NCBI GenBank assembly: GCA_030750765.1
Contig: JASMHM010000002.1
Coordinates: 21,772-85,771, forward strand
DNA length: 64,000 nt
Origin: Candidatus Woesearchaeota archaeon
GTDB taxonomy: Archaea; Nanobdellota; Nanobdellia; Woesearchaeales; ARS49
Direction of reading: 5' to 3'
Under the pieces are notes generated by a model. That model ran no database searches and was not told the origin of the DNA. It was given only the letters and a program-made list of their open reading frames with translations. The translations under genes were made by a program, and so were the position numbers. Shown here in pieces: positions 1 through 9,754 of the stretch. Numbering within the stretch: position 1 is the stretch's first letter; every line of letters begins with the position of its first letter.

Positions 1-8
1 GAGCTGGA

Positions 9-821
9 TTACGGCATTTGGTTCTTGAAAAACTCGTACATGTTAACCGCCTCTGCAGTGATGTGCAAATCATCAACTTCGGTGAGGTACTCGGCAAGAT
101 GGGGGAGTGTACAATGCCTTCTTGCGAGCGCTTGTAGAGGTGGGTATTTCCATCCGTGTTCGTCAACGATGACCTCCGAGATGTCATGCGCGTACGCTGC
201 ACCCATCATGAAGCACGCATGACGATTCCAGTCCTTATTCGCAGGAAAGTACGCAACAATGAGGTCAAAGCGGGGCATGTGGCGAGACTCCTGGTAAGCA
301 TCTTCAGAGAACAACACCGTTCTATCTGGTCGTGCCTCTCGAACTTCTGTGTAGGTATTATCTATTGCCTCGTCCACCTCGCCGCATATCAAGACGGTGT
401 TGACAAGCAAACGCTCATCCGTGCCTGCGGGGTACTTGCTTTCGATGTATGCATCCTTTTTCTCAAGATTTGGGTTTGTTTTCAGAAAGTCAATGGCTTC
501 GTCCAAGCTAGAAAAATGGCTGTCTGCCAATTGTTCAAGTAAGGGATCGGGGGTGTCCTCATCCACCACGATGAGATGGTTGCCATGCGCTTGTGCCACC
601 CCAATCTCTGCGTAGCTCATCACACCCCTGCTTTTTCCTTTGGGGAAAACAGCGAGAGCGACGGGGCACTCTTCTGCTTCCTTCAAGTCATCATACGCAA
701 GCTTGAGTACCGAGGATTGTCGATGTTTTCTAGGATCGGAAAAGGAAAGATTAGGTAACGCTTGGATGATGCCATCCCGGAAGCCATGAAAAGAACCAAT
801 CAGATACACTTTGTTGGACAT
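9..821 (-). CDS. Tandem nucleoside 2-deoxyribosyltransferase/N-glycosidase-like (NDT/DNPH1 fold) protein
   Basis: KVYLIGS...DDLKEAEEC...SYAEIGVA first domain; second repeat FDLIVAYFP...ACFMMGAAYA. Start moved to MSNKVYL (ATG 821). Confidence 0.6.
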   Translation of the reverse strand: MSNKVYLIGSFHGFRDGIIQALPNLSFSDPRKHRQSSVLKLAYDDLKEAEECPVALAVFPKGKSRGVMSYAEIGVAQAHGNHLIVVDEDTPDPLLEQLADSHFSSLDEAIDFLKTNPNLEKKDAYIESKYPAGTDERLLVNTVLICGEVDEAIDNTYTEVREARPDRTVLFSEDAYQESRHMPRFDLIVAYFPANKDWNRHACFMMGAAYAHDISEVIVDEHGWKYPPLQALARRHCTLPHLAEYLTEVDDLHITAEAVNMYEFFKNQMP

Positions 822-855
822 CGTGGGAAAGATGGAGCTTGGCTTAAGAAGATAG

Positions 856-1131
856 TTATTCTGTACTATGATACATCGAATCAATACCATTCTGGAGGAA
901 ATAACCCTCGCCGTTGGGGTCGAAGACCTTTTTTATGGCAACACCTTGATCGTTCTTAACAATGTCGTAACTACCCAAGAATTTCTTTCCATCAGGTCGG
1001 ACACCCACTGCTAGTGGCGTTTCAACAACTGTGGTAGGGAGGGTAACTTTGGATTTTATCTCGGACGTGCATCCTGCAATGATTACGGCGAGTGCTGTAC
1101 TTCCCAAGATTCCAAGTATACGTAACCTCAT
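856..1131 (-). CDS. Small putative lipoprotein
   Basis: MRLRILGILGSTALAVIIAGC signal peptide with lipobox. Confidence 0.6.
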   Translation of the reverse strand: MRLRILGILGSTALAVIIAGCTSEIKSKVTLPTTVVETPLAVGVRPDGKKFLGSYDIVKNDQGVAIKKVFDPNGEGYFLQNGIDSMYHSTE

Positions 1132-1270
1132 ATTCTTCTCAATAAGTTCGAGATATATAAATGTGTCCACATATGGCTATTTCACTTCCATAAAGTTAAT
1201 AAACAAGTTCTTCTCTGAGTATTACTCTAGGTGAGCAAAGATAACGAGCTATCTCAGGAACGTAGTCCCG

Positions 1271-1636
1271 ATGTTCATGATGTTGTTGACGATTGGTTGT
1301 CATACTGTAAACAGCGTGCGTTCTGTCGTGCTTCCCTACCGATCAACCTACTTTCCTAACACGTTTTTCCAGAGCCAAGAAACCGAAAAAGTAGCTTCCC
1401 GAGTCTTCCAGTCTCTCTATGATTCTGAAGGGACGGCGTTGAGCCCAGAGCAGGCAGCAACCTACATCCGCACCAAGTGGAACCTTCGAACAGACAGAAG
1501 AGGAGACGAGTTCGCCCTCGAGAAGGGTGGCACGTACATTGAAATGTGGGAGGCCAGACGCGTCCACCAAATTTGGGACAAGGCAGACCACATGAGAGCG
1601 ATAGAAAATATTGTCAAAAAAGATGCTGACAAGTAA
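1271..1636 (+). CDS. Hypothetical protein, possible lipoprotein
   Basis: 121-aa ORF with LLTIGC lipobox-like N-terminus; start uncertain. Confidence 0.5.
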   Translation: MFMMLLTIGCHTVNSVRSVVLPYRSTYFPNTFFQSQETEKVASRVFQSLYDSEGTALSPEQAATYIRTKWNLRTDRRGDEFALEKGGTYIEMWEARRVHQIWDKADHMRAIENIVKKDADK

Positions 1637-1667
1637 GTTTATATTCTAGAACGTTTTGCTCAAGATT

Positions 1668-2141
1668 ATGGAACTCTTAGTTGCCCCGGAACAACAATGG
1701 CAAACGCTCAAGAAGTACGCAGTCATCCCTACAGTTGACTTAATAATAGAATGGGGAGACAAAGGAATACTCTTTGTACGACGTAAGATAGAGCCGTACA
1801 AAGGACTTTGGGGCTTTCCTGGATTGCGCGTGTACAAGCCAGAAGACATCCCTGATGCGATAAGAAGGATTGCTAACGAACAAGTAGGTTTAGATGTTAC
1901 TGGCTGTGTAGCTATACCGCTAGCGCCATTTGTTGGCAAGTTTAAAGATAGACAAGACATCAGCTCTGGGTATTATATCAAACTCTTAGACACTGACCAA
2001 CACATACAATTAAACGCAGACCATCTAGCAGGGTACGAATTCTTCAAAGACGTTCCTGAGGGAACGGGAAGCATGTACAAACACTTCTTTGAGGAATACT
2101 TAAAGTTAAAACATGGAGAGATCTCTAAGATCGAACTATAA
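1668..2141 (+). CDS. NUDIX hydrolase (GDP-mannose mannosyl hydrolase-like, atypical box)
   Basis: PTVDLII...RKIEPYKGLWGFPGLRVYKPEDIPDAIRRIANEQVGL. Confidence 0.8.
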   Translation: MELLVAPEQQWQTLKKYAVIPTVDLIIEWGDKGILFVRRKIEPYKGLWGFPGLRVYKPEDIPDAIRRIANEQVGLDVTGCVAIPLAPFVGKFKDRQDISSGYYIKLLDTDQHIQLNADHLAGYEFFKDVPEGTGSMYKHFFEEYLKLKHGEISKIEL

Positions 2142-2494
2142 TGTCAGTGCTTTCTATGGATTTTGATGGGGTGTTATCTGAGTATCATGGTTATCAAGGG
2201 AGAGGAAAGTTCGGCAAGCCCCTTCCAGGTGTGAAAGAATTCTTAGAACGTGTAAAGAACGCAGGCCACAGTTTTGTTGTGCTCACCACGAGAAAGGAAG
2301 TAGAATTGGTCAAGGAATGGTTTGTGAAGAACGAGCTACCTATGCCTACCAAGATAACAAGCGAAAAGGTGGCAGCGTCTGCATATGTGGATGACAGGGC
2401 GGTTAATTTTTCTGGAGATTTTGACAAGCTTGCTAAAGACTTGCAAATCTTTACCGTCCACTGGCGAGACAAGAAAGTGTTCAAAGACTTATAA
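2141..2494 (+). CDS. Small HAD-family phosphatase
   Basis: Motif I DFDGVL, motif II LTTR, motif IV YVDDRA; TAATG overlap with the NUDIX gene. Confidence 0.8.
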   Translation: MSVLSMDFDGVLSEYHGYQGRGKFGKPLPGVKEFLERVKNAGHSFVVLTTRKEVELVKEWFVKNELPMPTKITSEKVAASAYVDDRAVNFSGDFDKLAKDLQIFTVHWRDKKVFKDL

Positions 2495-2695
2495 GATTCC
2501 TAATCTGAGCAAAGCGCAGCCAACCCATGCCACCATGATGAGGTACCATACTCCAAACGCTTTGGTTACTGGAAACCATTTGGACATGATGGGGAAGTAT
2601 TTTTTGTAACATTTTTGCTCTCTCCACGCAACAATATTGGCGCATAAACTGTCAGCAAGCACAAGATACCACAATATTGCTTCCCAAGGGATCAT
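2489..2695 (-). CDS. Small two-TM membrane protein
   Basis: 68 aa with two hydrophobic helices. Confidence 0.65.
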   Translation of the reverse strand: MIPWEAILWYLVLADSLCANIVAWREQKCYKKYFPIMSKWFPVTKAFGVWYLIMVAWVGCALLRLGIL

Positions 2696-2726
2696 ACTCT
2701 TGTCGAAGTCTTCACCTTAATAAGAA

Positions 2727-4256
2727 TTACCTTTTTTTCAAGTACTGTAGTGCTTTCTTGGCACCGTTGTGGCCGGGGATGCAGGTGGCGCCTCCGCCGG
2801 GGTGTGCGCCGCTTCCTGCCAAGAATATTCCTTCACTGGGTGTGGTGTAGTCTGCAAAGCCAGGAACAGGTCGACTAGGTCCTAGGTTTGCGATGTTCAT
2901 CGCTCCATGGAAGAGGTTGCCGCCAGGCATTCTTGTGATTTCTTCAATATCTTTTGGACTCAAGATCTCGTGGTGTAGGATACTCTCTCTAAAACGAGGT
3001 GCGTGCTGCTCTATGGCATCTATAACTGCGTCGTAGAACGCTTCCTTTTGGTGATGGCTATCGTAGGGCAAGTATTGGACGAAGATGTTCATGACTTGTT
3101 TTCCTTCCGGAGCAACCGAAGGATCTACAATGCTAGGAATGGTCATCTCAATCATAGGTTTTCTAGAGTGACCATACACTTTTGCTTCGTCAAAAGCATC
3201 TTGGATGTACTGTACGGTGGGTGAGATGTGGATGGTTCCGCGTAATGCTTCTGCTGGAGGTTGACAGGTGAATTCCGGAAGCCCACTCAGGGCTAGATTG
3301 ATTTTGGCACTGCCACTAAGGTGGCTCGTTCCTTGTACGCGGCTATCGTACTCGTGACCCATGCTTATGAGATCGCAAAGCACTTTTGGTGCTGCAGCGC
3401 AAATTACTGCATCTGCTATCTCGCTGCCGCCGTCATCAAGCGTTATCATATATCGGGACCCATAAGGAATTATCCTCTTGGCTGTGGCGTTAGTTCTAAC
3501 CTCCAAGCCATTGGCTTGACCTGAACTAAGTAATGCTTCGCTTATGCCGCCCATGCCTCCTTCGACGAATCCCCACACTCCTGCTTTACCGTTTACGCCT
3601 CCCATGACGTGGTGTAGGAGTACGTAGCCTGTTCCTTGGTCCATAGGGCCTGCCCAGGCTCCGATTACTCCGTCTGTTGCTAGCGTGCTTTTGATGGCTT
3701 CGCTCTCAAAGAATTGGTTAAGGTATTCAGATGCGCTCATACCCATCAGGTCAGTAAGTCCAAATCGATGTTTCCATAAGGCACGATCGCGGAAGGCAGA
3801 TACTCCTGCGGTCCACCAAGTGCTTAGGTTTGCCGGAGGTCGTAGGAGTGTCGCTTCAAGATCTCTTCCGATCTCTGCAAGATTGTCTTCGTACTCTCCA
3901 AACGCGTCTGCATCACGCGGTGAGAACTTGGATATCTGCTCGTGAAGCCTGTGCTCATCGCCGTAGAACACCAAGAACTCATCGTTAGGGAAGAGGGAAA
4001 GACCGCTAGGATTCCTTTCCAGAACGTTATAGCCGTGTGCGTGGAGTTCTAAATCTTGGATGATTTTTTCAGGCAAAAGACTGACGACGTAAGAAAATCG
4101 GGAGATTCTAAAGCCGGGCCACAATTCTTCTGTAACAGTTGCGCCACCAACCATTTCTCTGCTTTCCAGAACGGTGACATCTATGCCTTCCTTGGTAAGG
4201 TACGTTCCGCAGGCTAGACCGTTATGGCCTCCACCGATGATGACTGCTCTTGGCAT
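2727..4256 (-). CDS. FAD-dependent oxidoreductase, phytoene desaturase/PYROXD2 family
   Basis: GGGHNGL Rossmann motif, GYVLLHHVMG, GGMGGIS, C-terminal GSGAHPGGGATCIPGHN. Confidence 0.9.
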   Translation of the reverse strand: MPRAVIIGGGHNGLACGTYLTKEGIDVTVLESREMVGGATVTEELWPGFRISRFSYVVSLLPEKIIQDLELHAHGYNVLERNPSGLSLFPNDEFLVFYGDEHRLHEQISKFSPRDADAFGEYEDNLAEIGRDLEATLLRPPANLSTWWTAGVSAFRDRALWKHRFGLTDLMGMSASEYLNQFFESEAIKSTLATDGVIGAWAGPMDQGTGYVLLHHVMGGVNGKAGVWGFVEGGMGGISEALLSSGQANGLEVRTNATAKRIIPYGSRYMITLDDGGSEIADAVICAAAPKVLCDLISMGHEYDSRVQGTSHLSGSAKINLALSGLPEFTCQPPAEALRGTIHISPTVQYIQDAFDEAKVYGHSRKPMIEMTIPSIVDPSVAPEGKQVMNIFVQYLPYDSHHQKEAFYDAVIDAIEQHAPRFRESILHHEILSPKDIEEITRMPGGNLFHGAMNIANLGPSRPVPGFADYTTPSEGIFLAGSGAHPGGGATCIPGHNGAKKALQYLKKR

Positions 4257-4279
4257 ATTGCATAACTTCCGACGACAAC

Positions 4280-5359
4280 TTATAAAGTTGCTCCTCTGGA
4301 GGAGTTACGGGGCTTTCCGGCGTAGACTCCATGCGCCCAAAAAAAGCGAGCTCGCCAGTCCCGCCAAGGTAGCTTGCTGTTAGCGCTGCCGTGCCATTGA
4401 TCGTAATCTAAGTCATGAAACCCTGCATCAAGGATCTGGGTGGGTAACTTCTCTGTCGAGTGCCACTCCCAATAGTCCAAAATTCCTTTGAACGGACCAA
4501 CTGAAGGATCGGTTATTACTTGTCGTTCCATAACATGATTATGGAGGAACATAAGCGCGCGACACACGTATTGTGTTAGTCTATCGCCATGTGGTTCTCC
4601 TGTCAGAGCAAACTCTTCCCGTGGGTCGTCATCTCCCCATTTCCTGTTGATGTCGCTATCAAGAGAGTGGCGAGAGTATTCGGAATTTCTGATTCCTCTT
4701 TGCTGTGAATACATCTCAAAGCTCTCACGGCGGCCGCACCAGGACCACACCGCTCCCCAGAACATGGTGTTCAACCACTTACTTACGGGCATGATAATGT
4801 CCCTGCACGGTGGAAGTATGTCTAAGGTGTATATTCTTCCTCCTGGGCGGAGAACACGATAGCATTCAGCCAATGCTTCTTCTCGCGTGTCATTGTCTAA
4901 ACATCCTGGTCCGAAGGCCCAGGTGATGCCCTCCACACTGTTGTCGGCAAGAGACAGGTCAGTGATGTCTCCATTGATGGTGCTCACCGCATCCAAGCCG
5001 GCCCTTCGCGCGTTTTCGTCCGCCAAGTCTGCCATGGGTTTGGATCTATCGCACTGTATGATACGTGATTTGAGCGCCTTTCCCGCTAGGATTGAGGTAT
5101 GACCTGGCCCTGTTGCAAGATCCAGCACTGTATGGCTGGAGTCATATCCGTCTTCTTTCATCCTTGACACAAGGCGGTTCCTCAAGGGCCAATCTAGTCC
5201 GCCCGTGTGGCGGCCGTGACGAAGATCATAAACCGTACAAGGTAGCTTGAAATGTCGTAAATAATCACGATTCCTGACCAAGAGCTTCCACCATGGAGGT
5301 AACTCTTCTGTCACCAAATCATACATGCTTGCCACGTTAGGTTTATTGTTGACTCGCAT
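4280..5359 (-). CDS. Class I SAM-dependent methyltransferase (UbiE-like core with extensions)
   Basis: VLDLATGPG motif I, GDITDL, ECYRVLRPGG. Confidence 0.8.
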   Translation of the reverse strand: MRVNNKPNVASMYDLVTEELPPWWKLLVRNRDYLRHFKLPCTVYDLRHGRHTGGLDWPLRNRLVSRMKEDGYDSSHTVLDLATGPGHTSILAGKALKSRIIQCDRSKPMADLADENARRAGLDAVSTINGDITDLSLADNSVEGITWAFGPGCLDNDTREEALAECYRVLRPGGRIYTLDILPPCRDIIMPVSKWLNTMFWGAVWSWCGRRESFEMYSQQRGIRNSEYSRHSLDSDINRKWGDDDPREEFALTGEPHGDRLTQYVCRALMFLHNHVMERQVITDPSVGPFKGILDYWEWHSTEKLPTQILDAGFHDLDYDQWHGSANSKLPWRDWRARFFWAHGVYAGKPRNSSRGATL

Positions 5360-5373
5360 AAAAGGCTAAGGGT

Positions 5374-6051
5374 CTAAGCCCGTCTGGCAAGATCTGCGCC
5401 AAACTCTGTGGTGGGCTGGAAGTGTGTGTCGAAAAGAGTGTGTAGAGCTTCGCTAGCCTCGCGCAGATTTTCAATAGGGACGTTATCTTTTGCCATGTAC
5501 TCCAGCTCACACATGATGTATGCGTGCGCCTCATCAAGCATTACGTGTTCGGCATACGTCTGTCTGCGAAGATGTTCCATAACGGGTTCTCGATCAGCTT
5601 GAGGAATGCTCCTTACCACGGCATCAACTTTTGCTCGGTACCTTTCGTTGGTGTGTCTCAACCCGTGAGCAGTCTCATGCCTGCCATCAGACTTGTCTGA
5701 TTCTTTGCATACACCAATGATGTAGGATTTGTTGGGTAGGGGCATGCACAGTCGCAGCAAAATCTTTTCTTCTGGCGTTAAGGGGTTGAATTCGCCCATG
5801 ATGAGCGGTTTCAGTGCAATTTTAGGGAAATTCCAGGCCTTGAATTCTTCTAGGAAGACGTTTCTTCCGGTATCAATACATTTTTGGTATGTTCTCATAA
5901 ACCAATCTTGGTGTTCTTCAACGGTGAAAACGCGGTCACTAAACTCTTGAGTTTCATACCGTTCTGAGGCTCTCAGAAAGGCGTTCATTTGTGATACTAA
6001 ATCAGTGCCATACACTAACTGCACGTCTTTGCACACTTCAATAAGTCGCAT
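5374..6051 (-). CDS. Hypothetical HExxH metalloprotein
   Basis: RHETAHG plus downstream DEAHAY; start set at MRLIEV. Confidence 0.55.
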   Translation of the reverse strand: MRLIEVCKDVQLVYGTDLVSQMNAFLRASERYETQEFSDRVFTVEEHQDWFMRTYQKCIDTGRNVFLEEFKAWNFPKIALKPLIMGEFNPLTPEEKILLRLCMPLPNKSYIIGVCKESDKSDGRHETAHGLRHTNERYRAKVDAVVRSIPQADREPVMEHLRRQTYAEHVMLDEAHAYIMCELEYMAKDNVPIENLREASEALHTLFDTHFQPTTEFGADLARRA

Positions 6052-6129
6052 TTTGATACGATGACTGCTTTGCCTATAAACCTGAGCAAAAACCAAAAGC
6101 CATATAAAGAGTCAGCAACCCTGCATGCT

Positions 6130-6351
6130 ATGGCAAAAGATCAGAAACGAAAGGTTAACTGGGTGCTTTGCTTGGTGATGTCCATCATGTTCGGTAGCAT
6201 GGGTGTGGACCGTTTCCTCTTGGGTCATGTTGGCTTAGGCATTCTTAAGCTCATAACTATGGGTGGTCTAGGCATCTGGTGGTTGGTAGACGTCATACTA
6301 ATCGCTACTAAACATCCGTTCGAAAACATCGAATGGGTAGAAGAACGCTAA
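6130..6351 (+). CDS. TM2 domain membrane protein
   Basis: FGSMGVDRFLLGHVGLGILKLITMGGLGIWWLVD signature. Confidence 0.9.
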   Translation: MAKDQKRKVNWVLCLVMSIMFGSMGVDRFLLGHVGLGILKLITMGGLGIWWLVDVILIATKHPFENIEWVEER

Positions 6352-6396
6352 CATATGTATCGTAAAGGTTATTATGTAAACGTTGTTTTGCAACCT

Positions 6397-6717
6397 CTAT
6401 TTTTTACCCACTTTTTCCATCTTGAGGACTTTTTTAGCAATGATGAATACTAACACTGCTAAGATAAGAAAATTCAACAATTCTGCCACAAACGGACCCC
6501 ATTTGAAAACAAACGGCCCTATAACTAGCTGAGACGTCGCCCAGCCACCCTCAGGTACAAAAGGTGTGATGATGGGCATGATGATGTTTGTCACCAAACT
6601 CTTCATTAAATCTTTAGAAGCAGCACCCATGACAAAACCCATAGCCATGCCGATGATGGCATACTGGTTGAGGAATTCCTTAAATTCGTCACGTACTGCT
6701 ATAACCTTTGCCCTCAT
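6397..6717 (-). CDS. mscL: Large-conductance mechanosensitive channel family protein
   Basis: EFKEFL..IIGMAMGFVMGAA..SLVTNIIMP..WGPFV..LLNFLI. Confidence 0.85.
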   Translation of the reverse strand: MRAKVIAVRDEFKEFLNQYAIIGMAMGFVMGAASKDLMKSLVTNIIMPIITPFVPEGGWATSQLVIGPFVFKWGPFVAELLNFLILAVLVFIIAKKVLKMEKVGKK

Positions 6718-6790
6718 AGAATAATTTCCTTATGATGTAGTATATAATGCTATCGCACCAATTAATATATGAAGAAAGCTTCCTAATAGC

Positions 6791-7303
6791 ATGCAAGAAG
6801 TAGAAGTAAAGATTTTGGATGTTGACGTGAAAGCAGTACAACAGAAGCTGGCCGACCTTGGAGCAAGGAAAGTCTTTGATGGTGAGTTAGACATCGCTAT
6901 CTTTGACACAGAAGACAACCAGATTCGGAAGGCAAAAAGCCTCTTACGCCTACGTTCAGATGGTGAGAAAACAGTGCTGTGCCATAAGAGACTGATAACC
7001 AAACAAGGAGCAAAAATCATGGACGAGAATGAGGTAGAAGTCCAAGACAAGGAGCGAGCAAAACTAGTCCTGCAAAGCCTAGGTTATACCAAGATTCGCA
7101 CCCAGACCAAACACCGAACCTCTTACTTACTAGGCGAGGTTCGCTACGAGCTAGACACGCTGCCAGGAATTCCTACGTTTCTTGAGATCGAAGCCAAAGA
7201 CGTACAAACACTCCAAAAGGCAGTAAAGCAATTAGGCTACGCCCCTCAAGATACAAAACCTTGGACAGGTGGGGAGGTGTTAGAACATTATGAGAAACAT
7301 TAA
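6791..7303 (+). CDS. cyaB: CYTH/class IV adenylate cyclase family protein
   Basis: N-terminal EVEVK, LRLR, ENEVEV, FLEIE motifs. Confidence 0.85.
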   Translation: MQEVEVKILDVDVKAVQQKLADLGARKVFDGELDIAIFDTEDNQIRKAKSLLRLRSDGEKTVLCHKRLITKQGAKIMDENEVEVQDKERAKLVLQSLGYTKIRTQTKHRTSYLLGEVRYELDTLPGIPTFLEIEAKDVQTLQKAVKQLGYAPQDTKPWTGGEVLEHYEKH

Positions 7304-7328
7304 TAAATTTCAAGACTCTCCTAGGCCT

Positions 7329-7610
7329 ATGTTGCGGCAAGCAAACGTGAATGCTCTGGTGTTGCTTTCTTACAAATGGCAACACAACGCTATAGTTGAA
7401 CAGCATCCAGAGCTTCAAAATGCGTATAGGCGGGGGGCCCACCACTTTAGGCGAGCTGCGGAGTTTGCAGAAAGGGGATACTAATTTGGCGAAAAACAGG
7501 AATCCTGGTTTGCTTATTTCGGACTGAGACAAGCGTGTGTTGGCATAAAGATAGATGCGCTCAGCGCACACCGACAAGAAGTCACAGACACGCTCAATGA
7601 AGATATTTAG
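7329..7610 (+). pseudogene. Possible small gene interrupted by an in-frame TAA
   Basis: 51 codons, TAA at 7482-7484, then 41 further open codons in the same frame to TAG 7608-7610; fills the intergenic gap. Confidence 0.35.
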
Positions 7611-7649
7611 TCGAAAGGTATTTAAACGAGCACATTTTTCTCGACGACA

Positions 7650-8144
7650 ATGGATGACCATAAGCTGCAAGCATACATCGATGAGGTACGAAGTCAGGGC
7701 CACAAAGATGATGAGCTAAAATCACACTTGTTAGAGCACGGTTACGATACAAAAGCGGTTGATGAGGCCCTAGGTCCAGGACCTGCAGCACCACCCACCA
7801 CCGCACACCCACCCTTGCCAGGCATGAGTGGAGGATTCAAACACCGAAATCCTGCGCTAGTACTGGTCTTTACAATTATTACTTTAGGAATCTACGGCGT
7901 TTATTGGCTTGCCTCAACAACCAATGAGCTCAAGGCAAAGACGCCCTTAGCGCCTAGTCCCTACCTTTTGATACTGTTTGTGGTTCCACTAGTGGGCCTC
8001 ATAGCCGCCATTGTCTACTGCTGGAAGTACGGCAAGGCCCTAGAAGAGGTCACCAAGTTTAGCGGCATAGGCATGCTAGTGTTGTTATTGTTCGTGTTCC
8101 CGGTAGCCCAAGTGATAGCACAGATGCAGTTGAACAAGCATTAA
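7650..8144 (+). CDS. DUF4234-like membrane protein
   Basis: RNPALVLVFTIITLGIYGVYW...NEL, N-terminal helical domain and Pro-rich linker. Confidence 0.75.
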   Translation: MDDHKLQAYIDEVRSQGHKDDELKSHLLEHGYDTKAVDEALGPGPAAPPTTAHPPLPGMSGGFKHRNPALVLVFTIITLGIYGVYWLASTTNELKAKTPLAPSPYLLILFVVPLVGLIAAIVYCWKYGKALEEVTKFSGIGMLVLLLFVFPVAQVIAQMQLNKH

Positions 8145-8203
8145 CTCTGTCCTTGCATTTCTGAGTACTAATATTTTTATACTTCTTGATCATTCATGCG
8201 CCC

Positions 8204-8509
8204 ATGGTCAGGGATTGCGAGCAAGCCAGAGAAATAATGAGACGCTACGTTAATCTCACCAAAGAGGCCCATGCAGAATGGAACGCAGGAGGAGAGGCGT
8301 ATGAAATGGGTAACGCAAGGGTGCAGTTCGGGATCGAGGATACGACGCTTGATGACGAGGAGTTTGTAGGCGTTATGTGGGTGAGAAAGAACGCTGACAA
8401 AATGCCAGAGCGAGATGTCTCCGAGGGGATGCATGTTTTCTATGTTGATCGTTCTCAGTCCAAAACTCTCAAGGCGCGCCCTATATTCACTGCCCCTTCT
8501 ACTTCATGA
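8204..8509 (+). CDS. Hypothetical protein
   Basis: ORF with ATGA overlap into the downstream NUDIX gene. Confidence 0.55.
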   Translation: MVRDCEQAREIMRRYVNLTKEAHAEWNAGGEAYEMGNARVQFGIEDTTLDDEEFVGVMWVRKNADKMPERDVSEGMHVFYVDRSQSKTLKARPIFTAPSTS

Positions 8510-8910
8510 GGACCATCCACAAAGTGGTAGGTATAGTGATCCAAAACAATGAGCTACTCATGGTGAGAAACGTTGGCAAAAACATCTGGACAGGTCTAGG
8601 TGGCAAACCAGAACAAGGGGAAAGCGAAGAGCAAGCACTTGTTCGCGAAATCCAAGAAGAGATAGGGTGCGAGGCAACTATTGGGAAAAAGATTGGTGAC
8701 TTTACTGATAAAGCAATCTTTGATGACGCCATGGTCAAACTATCTGTCTACATGGTAAACTTAGAAGGGATGCCTACCCTGCAGGATGGCGAGTTGGAGG
8801 AGATGATGTTCATGCCTCACGATTACCGCGACCAAGACATTACGCTGTCACCTTCCATAACGAACGATGTCATTCCAAAACTTATCCAAGATGGACATCT
8901 AACGTGGTAG
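8506..8910 (+). CDS. NUDIX hydrolase
   Basis: GGKPEQGESEEQALVREIQEEIG Nudix box. Confidence 0.9.
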   Translation: MRTIHKVVGIVIQNNELLMVRNVGKNIWTGLGGKPEQGESEEQALVREIQEEIGCEATIGKKIGDFTDKAIFDDAMVKLSVYMVNLEGMPTLQDGELEEMMFMPHDYRDQDITLSPSITNDVIPKLIQDGHLTW

Positions 8911-9660
8911 TTACTTGCTTCGCTTCCAAAATTCTTCAAAGTACGCTTTGAACGAGTCAGCAATGTGTTTGTTGACGATTTCTACCGCGATAGCTTCAGG
9001 GTGTTGCAGCACTATGGTGACGGTGTCTGCATAGATTAGGAATGTTGCCGGAGTTTGGATGTCCGAATCCATAACTCTTGTGACTCCATTTTTGTAGCTG
9101 TTCCTGTCCTTCAACGTAGGAAGATCAATACCTTTATTGAACAAGGCACGAAACTTTATCCCTTCTCTCACTCTTTTGACATGGTCTTTTTTCCAGTACG
9201 CGTGCTGTTCTTCTGGCTGGAAGATGGGCACGCCAAGGTACACCCACTCGTCTCCTTTCCCTAGCTTATTGTAAAGATGCTCGTGCGCTGTCCTAATCCC
9301 TTTGAAACCGATATAGACGCTAGCCTGGCTTTTCGCAGCGCTTGCTTGCTTTAGCAATAATTGTGGAATAACATCTGCCACCTTTTTTCGGTGGTCTGCG
9401 AGCGTGCTCGCTCGCTGATCCATATACTCTAACAATTTTGTGGGCGCCGCAGCCTGATAGTATTTTGTCTTATCTTTTGTGATGAACGACGCCAGCCCTT
9501 TTTCCATCAATCTCTCAAGAATTTGGTAGATGATGGATCTGGCAACGCCTGACCGGTCAACAATAGGTCCGGTAGTGGATGCTCCCAACTCTAGCAAGGA
9601 TAGATAGACTTTGGATTCTCCTTCCGTAAGGTCGGCATGCTGGAGTAGGGTGGTGTCCAT
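8911..9660 (-). CDS. TrmB-family transcriptional regulator
   Basis: LTEGESKVYLSLLELG..SGVARSIIYQILERLMEKGL wHTH plus C-terminal effector domain. Confidence 0.85.
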   Translation of the reverse strand: MDTTLLQHADLTEGESKVYLSLLELGASTTGPIVDRSGVARSIIYQILERLMEKGLASFITKDKTKYYQAAAPTKLLEYMDQRASTLADHRKKVADVIPQLLLKQASAAKSQASVYIGFKGIRTAHEHLYNKLGKGDEWVYLGVPIFQPEEQHAYWKKDHVKRVREGIKFRALFNKGIDLPTLKDRNSYKNGVTRVMDSDIQTPATFLIYADTVTIVLQHPEAIAVEIVNKHIADSFKAYFEEFWKRSK

Positions 9661-9699
9661 AGATGCTATAGCGTGAGATACTATAAAAATCTTACTATT

Positions 9700-9720
9700 G
9701 CCCTACCACTACTGGTGGGC
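9700..9720. promoter_or_regulatory. Inverted repeat between the divergent TrmB and SBP genes (candidate operator)
   Basis: GCCC(T)ACCA-CTAC-TGGTGGGC. Confidence 0.4.
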
Positions 9721-9754
9721 GTATGGTTAAGTAGGTAGTTTATCTCTAGAGAAC

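Noticed and set aside
1231-1273. Frameshifted start extending the 1271 lipoprotein signal peptide
   Set aside because: The upstream frame (AKITSYLRNVVP) looks like an n-region but cannot be supported without homologues.
7305-7610. RNase P or SRP RNA, or the 176-aa minus ORF
   Set aside because: No GAGGAAAGUCC-type or SRP helix-8 signature seen; the minus ORF overlaps two real genes and lacks motifs.
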